Shown: positions 1-14,600 of the stretch, one piece after another | How the letters are laid out: every line of letters starts with the position of its first letter | How positions within the stretch are numbered: position 1 is the first letter of the stretch | Source: Lingula anatina | Lineage: Eukaryota; Animalia; Brachiopoda | DNA: 64,000 nt | Reading direction: 5' to 3' | Assembly (NCBI GenBank): GCA_051362555.1 | Contig: CM120649.1 | Span: 18,428,567 to 18,492,566 of the forward strand | Notes under the pieces: model-generated | Told to the model about the DNA's origin: nothing | Database searches by the model: none | The model's input: only the letters and a program-made list of their open reading frames with translations | Translations under genes and position numbers: made by a program

Positions 1-400
1 AGCAGATAATCACAGTCCACCAGGTCTAAACTATGCCAGTTCCAATTCATTCACACAAATGATATCACTACATAAAATCAAGCAGAGTTTGACTTTTTAA
101 TCACAAAATATTCAAAATATTTTAGTGATTAATTACAACGGAAGACAGACATTCCCAAAGTTTTAAATGTTTTATTTATCTCCTCAATAAAATATTTTCT
201 GGTGGAGCATCCCACCCTTTCAACAGCAACTTTACCTGTAGTGTTTGCATCTGGTGGCACAATCAATTTTGGAAAAAAACTGGTCAATATATCAGTGATA
301 TCAAACTATGAAACTCAGGGTAACAATTTAGTAAAAGTATGGTAAGCAGACAGCGACAGTCACTGTAATAAACAGTATTTTTAATACTCAGAGAGATTAC

Positions 401-1374
401 CTTTGATCCTCATTGACAAATGTTTCAAAAATCCTTCCTTTCTGCTATCTATGGGTATCAAATGTCTCAAGGGCAAAGGTTCTATTCTCTGTTCTTCACT
501 GGTGATGTCTCTATATACAGGGATGACTTGTTTTTGCTGTGACATTACTACATACATTATCCTTTCTGCTTCATACCTCCAAAAAGGACTAAAGTAAAGG
601 CACATAATTTATGTGAATTTTGCCATATTAAATGACGTAGGAGAGAAAGAAAGCATTTTCAGAATTCATTGACAAAACGAAGAATTGACATAGAAAAAAG
701 TTTCAATTAGAATTCATAAATGATGACAAGAATACACTCTTACAACCTACCACATACTACAAAAATATATTTTAAAAAGTTTTTTTCTAAAAATAGCATA
801 AGTTTCTTTCAAAAAGCATTCTTATTCTGCAAAAATTGGGCTTGTTCCCCTTTGGGTTCAACAGTAAACAATTATTTCACAATTAACTTCTATTAATGGA
901 TTAATTTGTGTGTTCTAACTGTCATTTCTAATGCCTATAACACTGTTGTTAATGAAATGTCAAGTTATGCATTACTTAAATCAAAAATAAAGGAAGCCAG
1001 TTCTTTATCAGTGCATATAGCATATGACAATTTGCACTACACTTAACATTCAAATATAAGGTGTGTAATAGATTCTACCACATCCAGACAGAAATAACAA
1101 ATTTCAAAGAGAGACAACACCTAGCTTATACTTACTCCTGCAGCAGATGTGTAGTTATATACAGCAGTACACTCCTGGATTGTTTCAAGGCATAATCAAA
1201 CATATCCTTTAATCTCATACCATGTAGAGGGTCACTTTCAATCAACATACAAGTCACCCCTTGTCCTGCTAAATCTGGGAAAAATATAAAATATATGTTA
1301 TAATTTCTACTCCAGATACACATGCATTGCAGTAGAACTTACTTAATATCTCTAATTTAAATTAACTGACAATG

Positions 1375-1445
<71 letters not shown>

Positions 1446-1719
1446 CCATTGAGGGTGCTTAATTCTTATTTACTGGTAAAGATAAGTAATATAATTAACT
1501 TACATTCAACAATATGACCTGCCTCCAACATCATCGTAATTGGGAAATAATTTTATACTATAACTTAACATGTTACGTGTTGAATGGCCATAAAACATTT
1601 CTTAGTTCAAAGTATTAAAATGAGTTTTACTCATTTCCACAAACCTTGAGATAGTTGTTCTACCTCCATTTTGTCTCTTGTATGATAAACTATGGATACA
1701 TCATATTCTATATCTTCAC
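401..1719 (-). CDS. TIR cassette D (exons 1645-1719, 1136-1274, 401-588)
   Basis: EDIEYDVSIVYHTRDKMEVEQLSQ-DLAGQGVTCMLIESDPLHGMRLKDMFDYALKQSRSVLLYITTHLLQ-DPFWRYEAERIMYVVMSQQKQVIPVY...; TIR box 1 (YDVxIxY), BB-loop region, SRxxLxxxT and WxxE motifs. Confidence 0.85.
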
Positions 1720-3963
1720 CTAGAAATACACAAGTTATTTACTTATTATATTCATCTTATATACACACTTTGATTCACAGATGTAGCCAAGATCTCATTT
1801 GCTCTCGGAAGATAATTACAGAAGTCAACTGTGTCTAATTATTATGCCAGTTCCAATTCAAGATTCAAAAGACACCACAAAACAAGCTAAGTTTGACTTT
1901 TAAATCACAAAGTATTCAGAATATTTCAGTTATTAATTACTAGGCAGATATACCCACAGTACTTTTAAAAAATTTTTTTATCTCCTTCATAATATTTAAT
2001 GGTGGAGCATCCCACCTCTTCAAACAGCAACTTTGCTTGTTGTGCTTGCATCTGGTGGTATAACAAATTTTGAAAAAAAAAAACAAGTCAATACATGAGT
2101 GATATCAAACTATCAAACTCAGGGTAACAAGTACATGTAGTAGGCTTGTTAAGGACCAAAAAATGGCCAAATGCTCCATTTTGTAGTACAAATGTCTAAC
2201 TTGGCATAAATGTTCCTTGGGCCAAAAGAAAATTTTTTATCCAAAGAGACGCCCTCTATCGATACATTAATTTTGTGCCTCAAATCCAAGATGGCCGCCA
2301 CCCGCCATTTTGAAAGTGGACATAATTTTGCTATTTTATGTTGAATTTTGAAGCGTTTGGTCTAACTATACTTGATATATTTATCGATTCCTACTATTTT
2401 GGGGGTGCAAAAGTCATTTTTGATGTTGTTATGGTGATAGTAGGTGATTTGAAGGAACAAAGAGGGTGTTTTAAGTGCTTACCAAGATATGTGTGAACGC
2501 TGCAAAACCATGGATATTGATAACCCGTATTCAAATATATCTCAATGCAATTTTTTGTTATATACCATCGCTATTGGACTATATTATGAGCAAAAAAACA
2601 CATTTTTACCATTATGGAGGCCATTGTGGCCGTTTTATCCCTCAAATCCAAGATGGCCGCCAAAAACCATTTTGAAATTGGGCATAATTCGCTATTTTGA
2701 AACTATATGTATTACATCTTTGTAAATGAGAAATACGTCGTTTTATATTATTTTCTGGTGCAGAATACATTATCTGTTTCATGAAATGTGAGTACAATCT
2801 ATTTTAGCCTCCAAAATCAATATGCATGTAGGGTTAAGTTGTCAAATAGACTTACATGTGCCATGTAGTCTAATTAGTACAAAATGTTTTATTAAATCCT
2901 AAAGAGCTTGAAACAAGCGTCAGAGACCAAAATGTCTCAATTAAAGGTAAAGAACACATACTTGGTGCTTTGGAGACAATTGGTAGCCATTTTGATCCTC
3001 AAATCCAAGATGGCCGCCAGTCACAATTTTGAAATACGGGTAAGGCTTAACTCATCAATTTGAAGCTATTGCTCTTACACTAGCATGTTATACATCGTTT
3101 CTTATCATTTGGGTTGTAGAAGTCGTGTCTTATCTCTTCTGAGATATAATACAAAAAGAAAATATTATAAGGCTCCAACACCAATACAGGCTTACGTCTT
3201 CACCTTCGCTTGTATACGTCTTGAAGTCAAATTTGTGCAAAAATATGTTATATAACAATTATAAAATGGTTTTGCCAGACATAGATTAAGTGCAAGAGAC
3301 CAGCATGGCTGATTCGACTTTATGGTGACTACTGTTAGCTATTCTGTTGTTCATTTCCAAGAGCCTGTCACTATTTTAAAATGATGGCATAATTTACCTT
3401 TTTGAGCTGTTGGACTTTCATATATGATCGTAATACATCAATTGTTATTATTCTGGAAGTACATAATTAATTTCCGGTGTTATTCTGGTGACAGAGGATA
3501 ATAAAAAGGCATAAGGTGTTTTAAGATGATTCCAAGATGAATTTTCCTGTAGTTGTCATATACTGTAGATGTTTTGTGCTTGTTCGTCCATTGGAAACAA
3601 TGAGAACTATGTAGTTGCCTTATGGATTTCTATTGGTACATGTAGTGAGATGACTTGTCTGGCCAAATTATGCTAGGAATGATCACTGGCACTGTCAACT
3701 AGGAAAAGAGGCTGCTTCCTCGACTTTTTTGCTTTATCCCTCTTGCCTACCTGCGCATGCGCAGCTGCTGCTTTCAAGTTGGTTTTGCAGATTCCTTCTT
3801 TTGTGTAAAGATACCACTTTCCTCTGATGCAACATGTTCTCATGCATTGATGTTTCTCTGGAAACTGGATTTTAATATATTGTTTAGCTGTTTCTCATAG
3901 GACACTAACAAAACCTCAATTCTTACTGGCTGTTGTCTTATTGGCCTACCAGAGCTGATCATG

Positions 3964-4001
<38 letters not shown>

Positions 4002-7000
4002 GCTGCTGGATGATTTTGCAGACAAGATCTGGAGCTATTTCAAAGCAAAGTTTATTAGCTTGTCTTTCACGGGCATTTTCGCATCAATACAACTAACCAA
4101 GTTCCATAGTATTATAAGACAACACATTTTTCACCCTTCAAATCTTCTGGACTATATTTAACATGCAAATGCAAGCCCCAGTGACTGGGACATAAATGTA
4201 CATGTGGCTTTTTGGTTCACATTGACCAGTAAAAGATTAATAATATAATACTGCTTTGTATATATATTTATTGCTTACCTTTAAATTATTCAGTATCTTT
4301 TAGTGGATGGTCACTTAAGATAAATCTAGATGATATATTTGAGCATATGGTTCGGGTTCCACATTTTTGTAACAGACTCAACGAAACTCATCTTGGAATT
4401 TATTTTACAACCTTATATTACGGTACCTTTTTATTATCTTCTGTCACCAAATTAGCACCGTAAAATTACTTTTGAGTCTCCATAATAGTACCATTTTACC
4501 TAATACAAGCCCACAGTTCAAAGGTTATAAATTACACCAAATTATTAAAATAGCGGCATGCAACCAACACTTGGTTTTGATCAAAATAATGGCTAACAAT
4601 TATCCTCATGCGGTGAAAGATGTATTATTTTGCTTTAATTCAGCCATTTTGTTTGCTGACACTTGTTTTATAGATCGGGCAAAAGCAGTTTTGTACTGAT
4701 TGGATTACTAATTGTACATATAAACTGCAGGCCCATGCGGCGACTGAATCCTATATTTATTTGGAGGCTTATAAAAGTTTCTATTTACATTTTAAACCGA
4801 AAATGCATACTGCACCAGGAAATAATAAAAAAAATGACGTATGGCACGCTTTTGAAGGTGTGATACATGTAGTTTCAAAATGGTGAATAATGCTCAATTT
4901 GAAAAAGGCGTATGAGGGTCATCTTGGATTTGAGGCACAAATTTTATGAAACAAATAATGTATTCTGCACCAGAAAATAATATAAAACGACATATTACTC
5001 ATTTACAAAGATGTAATACATGTAATTTCAAAATAGCGAATTATGCCCAATTTCAAAATAGTTATTGGCGGCCATCTTGGATTTGAGGGACAAAACGGCC
5101 ACAATGGCCTCCGTAATGGTAAAAATGAGTTTTTTTGCTCATAATTTAGTCCAATATGGATAGTATATAACAAAAAAATTGCATTGAGATATATTTGAAT
5201 ACGGGTTATCAATATCCATGGTTTTGCAGCGTTCACACATATCTTGGTAGGTACTTAAAACACCCTCTTTGTTCCTTCAAATCACCTACTATCACCATCA
5301 CAATATCAAAAATGACTTTTGCACCCCAAAAATAGTAGGAATCGATATATATATATCAAGTATAGCTAGACCAAACGCTTCAAAATTCAACATAAAATAG
5401 CAAAATTATGTCCACTTTCAAAATGGCGGGTGGCGGCCATCTTGGATTTGAGGCACAAAATGGCCACCAATTGCTTCCAAATGATCAAAAAAGGGTTCCT
5501 TGTCCCTAATTTAGTCAGGTTTAATAATCTATACATGTTTCTAGGCCAAAAATTAATGGAAATATGAAATATTATATATTTTGGCACATAATTTGCATAA
5601 TTTATGCTAATTAATGTATCGATAGAGGGCGTCTCTTTGGATAAAAAATTTTCTTTTGGCCCAAGGAACATTTATGCAAAGTTTGACATTTGTACTATAA
5701 AATGCAGCGTTTGACCTCTTAACAAGCCACTGTAATAAATAACATTTTAATACTCGGGGATATTACCTTTGATCCTCATTGACAAATGTTTCAAAAACCC
5801 TTCCTTTCTGCTATATATGGGTATCAAATGTCTCAAAGGTAAAGGTAATTTTCTCTGTTCTTCACTGGTGATGTCTCCATATACAGGGATGACTTGCTTT
5901 TGCTGTGACATTGCCTCCTGCATTATCATTTCTGCTTGCAGCTCCAACAAATGACTAAAATAAAGAACCACAATTTATGTGAATTTTGCCATATTATTAT
6001 TTGTGTGAGAGAGAGAGAGAGGGACTTTTTTTTCAAAATTCGGTGACAAAAGCAAAGAACAGACAAACACACACACACAAAAACAGTTATAATCAAAGTA
6101 CACAGAAGATGCCAAGAACACACTAGTCTTATAACTTACCACATACTACAAATAAAACATAAACAATTTTTTTTCTAGAGATAGCCTAAGTTTCTTTCAA
6201 AAAGCATTCTTTTTCTGCAAAAATATGGCTTGATCACCTTTTGAATCATAAGTAAACAATAATTTCACAACTAGTATTAATGGATTAATTTGTGTTCTTA
6301 ACTGTCAGTTCTAATACCTATAACAATGTTGTTAATGAAATCTCAAGTTATGAAATACTTGAATCAAAAAAATTAAGTAGCCAGCTCTCTACCAGTGGCA
6401 ATTTGCACTACATTCAAATATAAGGTGTGTAATAGATTCTACCACATCCAGACAGAAATAACAAATTTCAAAGAGAGACAACACCCAGCTTATACTTTTG
6501 CAGGTAATGTGTAGTTATATACAGCAGTGGCCTCCTGGATTGTTTCAAGGCATAACCAAACATATCCTTTAATCTAATTCCAAGTAGAAACCCACTCTCA
6601 ATCAACAGACAAGTCACCCCTTGTCCTGCTAAATCTGGGAAAAATATAAAATATATGCTATAATTTCTATCCAGATACACATGCATTGCAGTAGAACTTA
6701 CTTAATATCTCTTATTTAAATTAACTGACAATGTTATATATATATATATAATTTATCCATTGAGGGTGCTTAATTCTTATTTACTGGTAAAGAAAAGTAA
6801 TATAATTAACTATCATTCAACAATATGACCTGCCTCCAACATCATCGTAATTAGGAAATAATTTTATACTATAACTTAACATGTTACGTGTTGAATGGCC
6901 ATAAAACATTTCTTAGTTCAAAGTATTAAAATGAGTTTTACTCATTTCCACAAACCTTGAGATAGTTGTTCTACCTCCATTTTGTCTCTTGTATGATAAA

Positions 7001-8620
7001 CTATGGATACATCATATTCTATATCTTCCACTAGAAATACACAAGTTATTTACTTATTATATTCATCTTATACACAATTTGATTCACAGATGTAGCCAAG
7101 ATCTCATTTGCTCTCAGAAGATAATTACAGAAGTCAACTGTGTCTAATTATTATGCCAGTTCCAATTCAAGATTCAAAAGACACCACAAAACAAGCTAAG
7201 TTTGACTTTTAAATCACAAAGTATTCAGAATATTTCAGTTATTTATTACTAGGCAAATATACCCACGGTACTTTTAAAATATTTTATCTCCTTCATAATA
7301 TTTAATGGTGGAGCATCCCACCTCTTCAAACAGCAACTTTGCTTGTTGTGCTTGCATCTGGTCGTATAACAAATTTTGAAAAAAAAAACAAGTCAATATA
7401 TCAGTGATATCAAACTATCAAACTCAGGGTAACAAGTACATGTATGGTAAGCTGACAGAGACAGTTACTGTAATAAATAACATTTTAATACTCAGGGATA
7501 TTACCTTTGATCCTCATTGACAAATGTTTCAAAAACCCTTCCTCTCTGCTATCTATTGGAGTCATATGTCTCAAAGGTAAAGGTAATTCTCTCTGTTCTT
7601 CACTGGTGATGTCTCCATATACAGGGATGACTTGCTTTTGCTGTGACATTGCCTCCTGCATTATCCTTTCTGTTTGCAGCATCAAGAAATAACTAAAATA
7701 AAGAACCATAATTTATGTGAATTTTGCCATATTATTATTATTTGTGAGAGAATGACACTTTTTTCAGAATTCATAGACAAACTTAAAGAATTAACACAGA
7801 AAAAATGGTTTCCAGACTCAACTCATAACTTAAATAATAAAACAAAATTTATGTGAATTTTGTGATATGATATTGAAGGATGTGTGAGAGAGAGAGGGAC
7901 TTTTTTCCAAATTCAATGACAAAAGCAAAGAACAGACACACAAAAACAGATACAAATCATACAATCAAAGTATACAGAAGATGCCAAGAATACACTTACA
8001 ACTTACCACATACTGCAAATAATACATAAACAATTTTTTTTTCTGGAGATAGCATAAGTTTCTTTCAAAAAGCATTCTTTTTCTGCAAAAATTTGGCTTG
8101 ATCCCCTTTTGAATCACGAGTAAACAATTATTTCACAACTACTATTAATGGATTAATTTGTGTTCTTAACTGTCAGTTCTAATACCTATAACAATGTTGT
8201 TAATGAAATGTCAAGTTATGAATTACTTGAATCAAAAAAAATAAAGTAACCAGCTCTCTACCAGTACATATAGCATATGGCAATTTGAACTACATTCAAA
8301 TATAAGGTGTGTAATAGATTCTACTATATCCAGACAGAAATAACAAATTTCAAAGAGAGACAACACCTATCTTATACGTACTCTTGTAGGTTATGTGTAG
8401 TTATATACAGCAGTGGCCTCCTGGATTGTTTCAAGGCATAACCAAACATGTTCATTACACTAATTCCAAGTAGAGGGTCATTTTCAAGCAACATGCAAGT
8501 CACCCCTTGTCCTGCTAAATCTGGGAAAAATATAAAATATATGTTATATTTTCTACTCCAGATACACATGCATTTCACTGGAACTTACTTAATATCTCTA
8601 ATTTAAATTAACTGACAATG

Positions 8621-8691
<71 letters not shown>

Positions 8692-11600
8692 CCATTGAGG
8701 GTGCTTAATTCTTATTTACTGGTAAAGATAAGTAATATAATTAACTGACATTCAACAATATAAATTATTATGGTATGTACTTGCAAAAAACCGGGTAAAT
8801 GGACATGTCGTCACAGTTTTACGCTCTATGTATTCCCAATTGCAATCATGTGTTTTAACAAATTTAGGCCTTACTGAGTATTTTAAATGTAACATGGGCA
8901 CTCGACAAGGATGCATGTTAAGTCCTTTTCTATTTACATTATTCATAAATGAATTTTATCATAGTTTGAACAAGGCTGGATGTCAGGGTATTTACATAAA
9001 TGAGGCATTTCCAAATCCACGTCTTTGCTTTATGCTGATGACATTGTACGCATTTCAGACACTGTTGGGGGGTTACAGAAACAAATTTATGAATTAGAGT
9101 TTAGACAAATATTGCAGCCAGTATGGTATGCTAGTAAATGTCCAAAAGATGAAAATAGTAGTATTCAGGAGAGGCGGTAAAATAAAGAAAAATGAAAGGT
9201 GGTTTTTCAAGGGCCAAAAATTAGAAGCAGTACCTGCAGGGCACAAACCACTAAATCAGCCTATCAGCGGCTGTTATAGACGAATGTAGTTCAGTGAGAG
9301 AAAATTAGTGCTTTTTTCCATTTTTTTCCTGGCATTGTAAACTACTGCCATTTTTTTTTTCAGGACCAGGCACAGGTGCGGTGCAGTTGTGAGACCTCTG
9401 GCGGAGGGGGCTACTGACTGGAGTGGTGCAGTGGTTTGTTTACAAACAGAGGGGTGCACATGTTCAAGTGATGCCAGTAAGAAATATTGTTGAATGACAG
9501 TACATTTTTTTGCCATTGGGAGTTATGTCAGTGTGTCTGCTGTCCATGGAGTGGGAAATGTTTCACAGAATAATTTTGTTCATGCAGTTTTGCAGGCATT
9601 TCTTAGTATGGTCGTCAATGGGAAATTATTTGGTGGTTTCTGCCCTGCATATAAATACTTAGGAACATATTTTGGTGCCTGCCTCGGTTAGGGTAAAACT
9701 ATCCAACATCAAATCAACCAAGCCAATAAAGCATTATTTGTTGTTAAGCTATATTTGAAAAAACAAGCATGTATTTCCTTTGAGGAAGCTTTCTTTCTTT
9801 TTGATAGAATGATAACACGCATTCTTTTCTATGGTTATAAACCAGTAGAACGTATTGAAATCTTCCAAGCAAAATTTTGTAGATATTTATGAGGTGTTAG
9901 TTCAAATACTGTGACGGAAGCTGTACTAGGGGAATGCGGAAGATATCCATTGTATACCAATTATATGGTAAATAGCATTAAATATTGGTTAAAGCTTGTA
10001 CATATGAATGAAGATCGCTATCCTGCTCATGTATATGATATGCTATTTAAATTAGATTCAAGTGGAAGGCACACTTGGGCCACAGATGTTAAAATGCTGT
10101 TATACAGATATGAATTTGGATATGTCTGGGAGGCTCAGGGTGTGGGAAATTCTGTTTTATTTATTAAAGTTTTCAGGGAAAGATTAGTAGATAATGCTGG
10201 CCAAATATGGCACAGTGACATACGTAGGAGCAGCAAACTGGATGCTTATTTATTATTTAAGAGTACGTTAACACTGGAGTGTTTCTTATTAAGCGTTAAA
10301 AATGTAAAACACAGAACCTCACTAGCAAGATTCAGATGCGCAAATCACCTACTAAATTAAATATTGAGAGCGGTAGATGGAGAGGAATAGAATGATGCAA
10401 TACACTCTGTTTAATCTGTAAAAAAACATAATATTTATGATGTAGAAGATGAATACCATTTTTTAATGACATGTGTAGCATATACAGAATTAAGAGAAAA
10501 ATATCTGCAAGTGAATAACCCTACTAAAGAAAGTTTTTTAAGATTAATGACCACAAAACATAAATTTAATCTCTAGTCTAGCTGCTTATATATTTAATGC
10601 TTTTATTAACCTTTTTCATCTTTTGCGGAAATACGAAGTGCGCATGACAGGAACCGCGCGCCACAGGGGTCATGGTAGTCCTCTGCTGTTTCCAGCATGG
10701 CAATGCTAGGTGTAGATGGTGTACAAGGTACGCATATAAAAAGGTCGTTTGAAGCGTGCACTGCTTTCTGTCAAACTAAAAAGGTGGCTGAAGCACAGAA
10801 ATGTGTAAACTGTAGGCAAGAAAACAGCTATTTGGATGGAGAATCAAGCAATTAAATTTTTTTTTTCTTGGTTTAAACTAAGATCTAATAAACAGAAAGA
10901 TTGGACAGCGGCATTTTCCCTTTGACCAGACGTTCGTACGGGTAAACATTGCTCTATTGTTCCCCTTAAGTTGTTTTGATAGCCGGGCTTAATTTTAATC
11001 CCCATTGTACCTAACCCGTGTTTAGCGAATAGCGTGATTTCTCGTGCATTCTCGCGGACGCCACATCGTCGTCAAGTAGATCCGCCATATTGGATAAGCA
11101 ATGGCACACGTGGAGTTTTTTTATTAAAAAGTTCTAAAGATGTACAGTTTGTTTACATTTCGTAGTTGTCTTAATACTTTATATTCAGAGGAGGCAATAC
11201 CCAATAGCGCACTACCTGTAACAACAGCTGCCATTTTATAGAAATTGACTCAACTTGGAGATATAGCCGGAAACGTGACGAGATCATCAACGTAACAGAT
11301 AGTGATATTCGATGCCGTTTTGGACAATAAGGTCATGCTAATCACTGGGAGAAACTGAATGGTGAAGCTACACCAAAACAGAAATTTGATCTATTATGCC
11401 TGTTTGTAAAACTTCGTCACTATTAGCGGTCATTCTTTTAGAGCATAATCAATTCAAATTCACCAGAATATTCGTTGCAAATCGGTGAAACAAAAAGGAC
11501 TGAAAAGAAATCTTTTAAGAAAAAGTAGTTTTTAATTTCACTTTCACAAACACTAATTTGGGTACCTACTTCATAATGATAGTGAAAGGTAAGACATATC

Positions 11601-14600
11601 TTTATACTGACAATCAAATAAAAGTAAACTCGTTTTTTCATATTTTTAGAACACATGCAATATAGTTTCCTTGCGACTTCATAATCATGCACATATTTTT
11701 AAACTCTGCAAAATCTGTTTTGAAACATATGCCTTTTGAACATCTTCCACAGAATGTATTGGAAGAATAATATGTGTAACAATTTTGTTTTCCATCTCAC
11801 TAAAAATGACTAAATAAAAGATGATTGCTAAAAATTATCAATATTTCATCAGATTTAGCATTTAAAACTGATCATTCATTTCCGGCTGATAAAGTAACAT
11901 AATACAAGTCATATTCTGTTCATAAGCATTTTATTATAGATTTAATAAGGCACAGATATTGAAATGCAAATAAAAATGTTAACACCTTTAGATACCACTG
12001 ACTGTTACACAATCACAACAGATAGGTAATTTATTTAGGAGTACTAGTTTCACATGACTAAGAATTATAGCATTTTCCCCCTATTTTGACTTGTTTCAAA
12101 ATTAATATCTCATTCAATAAAAATTATGCACGTGATGATAATATTTATCTATTGTTAAGAGCACTACTGACTAATTCCAACCTAGACTTGACTTCAGAGT
12201 TTACAGAAGGGAGACAATTTATAGTGATATATTTGTTTTTCATGAAGAACAACATATGGCTAGTTTCATGGTGGTTCATTTGCTGAAATATCAATGTGCC
12301 TGTCAGGTTCTTGAGTAGCACCGAGTTAACTTGACAGAGGTACGTCGTCATCAGAATCACTTCCATTGCAACATATATCTGAAAAAAAATATTATCACAC
12401 AGTTAAAAAGATGCTGACGTGTTAATTGCTCATGTTATGTTAAAGTCCACTGTACGGACAACACTGACCTAGCTTTTCCTGCACTTGTAAAACTATCGAG
12501 CAAAAATTAAATATTTAATTTCGGGCAGCTTACCATTTTGCTTATTTAATACATCTGTGTGTCTTTTTGATTGTTTACAATCACTTTGCAAACTTGACAG
12601 TGGTGCATCTAAATCATCTGCAACCCTTGCATTATCACATTCACCCGAAATAATAAAATAATATTTTACTGTCAAAAAGGTTCTGACATGTGCTAGTCTC
12701 TTATTATTTGTCATTTGTATAATTCCACTCAATCCACTGTGGTGATTGCACCTGCCTTTTTGTATCCGATACTGGTAATAATGTTGTCGGTACAGTGGAA
12801 ATATCTTACTGAGCATGACACACAAGGGACAGATTCATAGTGCCCATGTATGTAAGACATTTTACTTTCAACTCCATAAACTAAAAAGTTCTAGTTATAG
12901 ACCAGAAAGCTTACCTTTTGATTTTGCTGCCAGATTTTGCTCTTTATTTTTTCTCCTGCGGGCCTTGACCCATTTTAATGGCATCTGAAAACAAAAAATA
13001 AAAATAAGGATGTGAGGCACATTTTCACGCAATCTTCTCATTACTTAGGTATAAATCCTGGATAAAAATATCACCAGTTGTAGTCCCCGCCATCTTGTTT
13101 TATTGTCATCTTTACCGATAAATATTTCTAAGAAAAAAAAACTAAATTTGAGCTAAGTTTGACCCTACGACCTTCCACTACTTTTTTAGATGAACACAGG
13201 TTAACTGCCAATGCATAGTACAGATCTAATTTCGTGTTCGGTTGTGCATTTGAAGCCCATCGATAACAAAAGTCGCCGCCATCTTGTTTTATTGTCATTT
13301 TTACCGTTAAATATTCCTAAGAAAAAAAGCTTAAGTTTAGCTAAGTTTGACCCTACGACCTTCTACTACTTTTTTAGATGAACACAGTTTAACTGCCAAT
13401 GCATAGTACAGATCTAATTTCGTGTTCGGCTGTGCATTTGAAGCCCATCGATAACAAAAGTCGCCGCCATCTTGTGTTATTGTCATTTTTACCGTTAAAT
13501 ATTCCTAAGAAAAAAAGCTAAATTTTAGCTAAGTTTGACCCTACGACCTTCCACTACTTTTTTAGATGGACACAGTTAAACTGCCAACGCATTGTATAGA
13601 TCCACTTTCGTGTTCAGCTGTGCATTTTAACCCCGGCGATTATGATCAGCACCGCCATTTTGCTTTATTGCCCGAAGTATTGTTTAAATTTTCATAGAAA
13701 ACTAAGCTACTATAAATTAAATTATCAACCAATAAAACGACAGTGTTATTCAGTCATCAGTAATATAAAAACCAACGTACATAAAGTTAAACTCCCCGTG
13801 TTAGACCTTAGGTAACAAAGCATTCAAACTCGCTTGTCTGTCGCCATATTGCTAATTTGAATGCAACAACGGTTTGAAGGCAAATTTTCACGATAATATC
13901 TGCTCCAAAATATTGCATATTTTACACACAAGTGAACCCTGTTAGTTTTCCCTTCTGCACAAACATTCTCAGAGAAACTACAAGACTAAAAGAGGTAATT
14001 TACCTACCTTGAAATCGCCCACATGCAACAGAGCTCTACCTGCGCACGATCACAACGCGACTGACTACTTCCGCCGTACGAACGTCTTTCCACAGTTAAT
14101 CGGATTACCCTTTGAAGAATTGCCGAGTGTCCAATCTTTGGTATATTAGATCTTAGGTTTAAATATGATGTGCTGTACAACTAGACTTCACCTAAGCGTC
14201 CGAGCCTTGGCTGCACTTTAAATAGTGATGACGAACTAAAGCTTCAAAGTTCTTTTAAATGCTTCCGATAATAAAGATATGCGAAAGAGACTCGTTATTT
14301 TTTTATATATTAAATTAAAATAGCCAGTAGACTCGTCCACAGCTTTCAAGAGTGTGCACAATATTACATGTACACTGTATATATATGCAAGCTGTGGCGA
14401 TATCACCTCATTTACCGGCAGTATCAATTCATTAAGATTTTTATGTCTTGTTTGAAGGATGTCTTAAGAGATTTTTGGAATGATAAAATGAAAAGATTCC
14501 CTGCATTGTTTGACTCGTACCTACTGTGTATACAAGTAAAACTGACACGCAGATTGTTCGTCGGTGAACTGATTAAATCGTTTGGTACCTAATCAATTGT

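Noticed and set aside
381-605. Treating the 60-75-aa ORFs as standalone small genes
   Set aside because: Their conserved parts sit between AG/GT splice sites and join in phase into TIR domains.
12493-12990. Exon-like, possibly PHD-like fragments
   Set aside because: Inside a transposon derivative with stops; a product cannot be supported.
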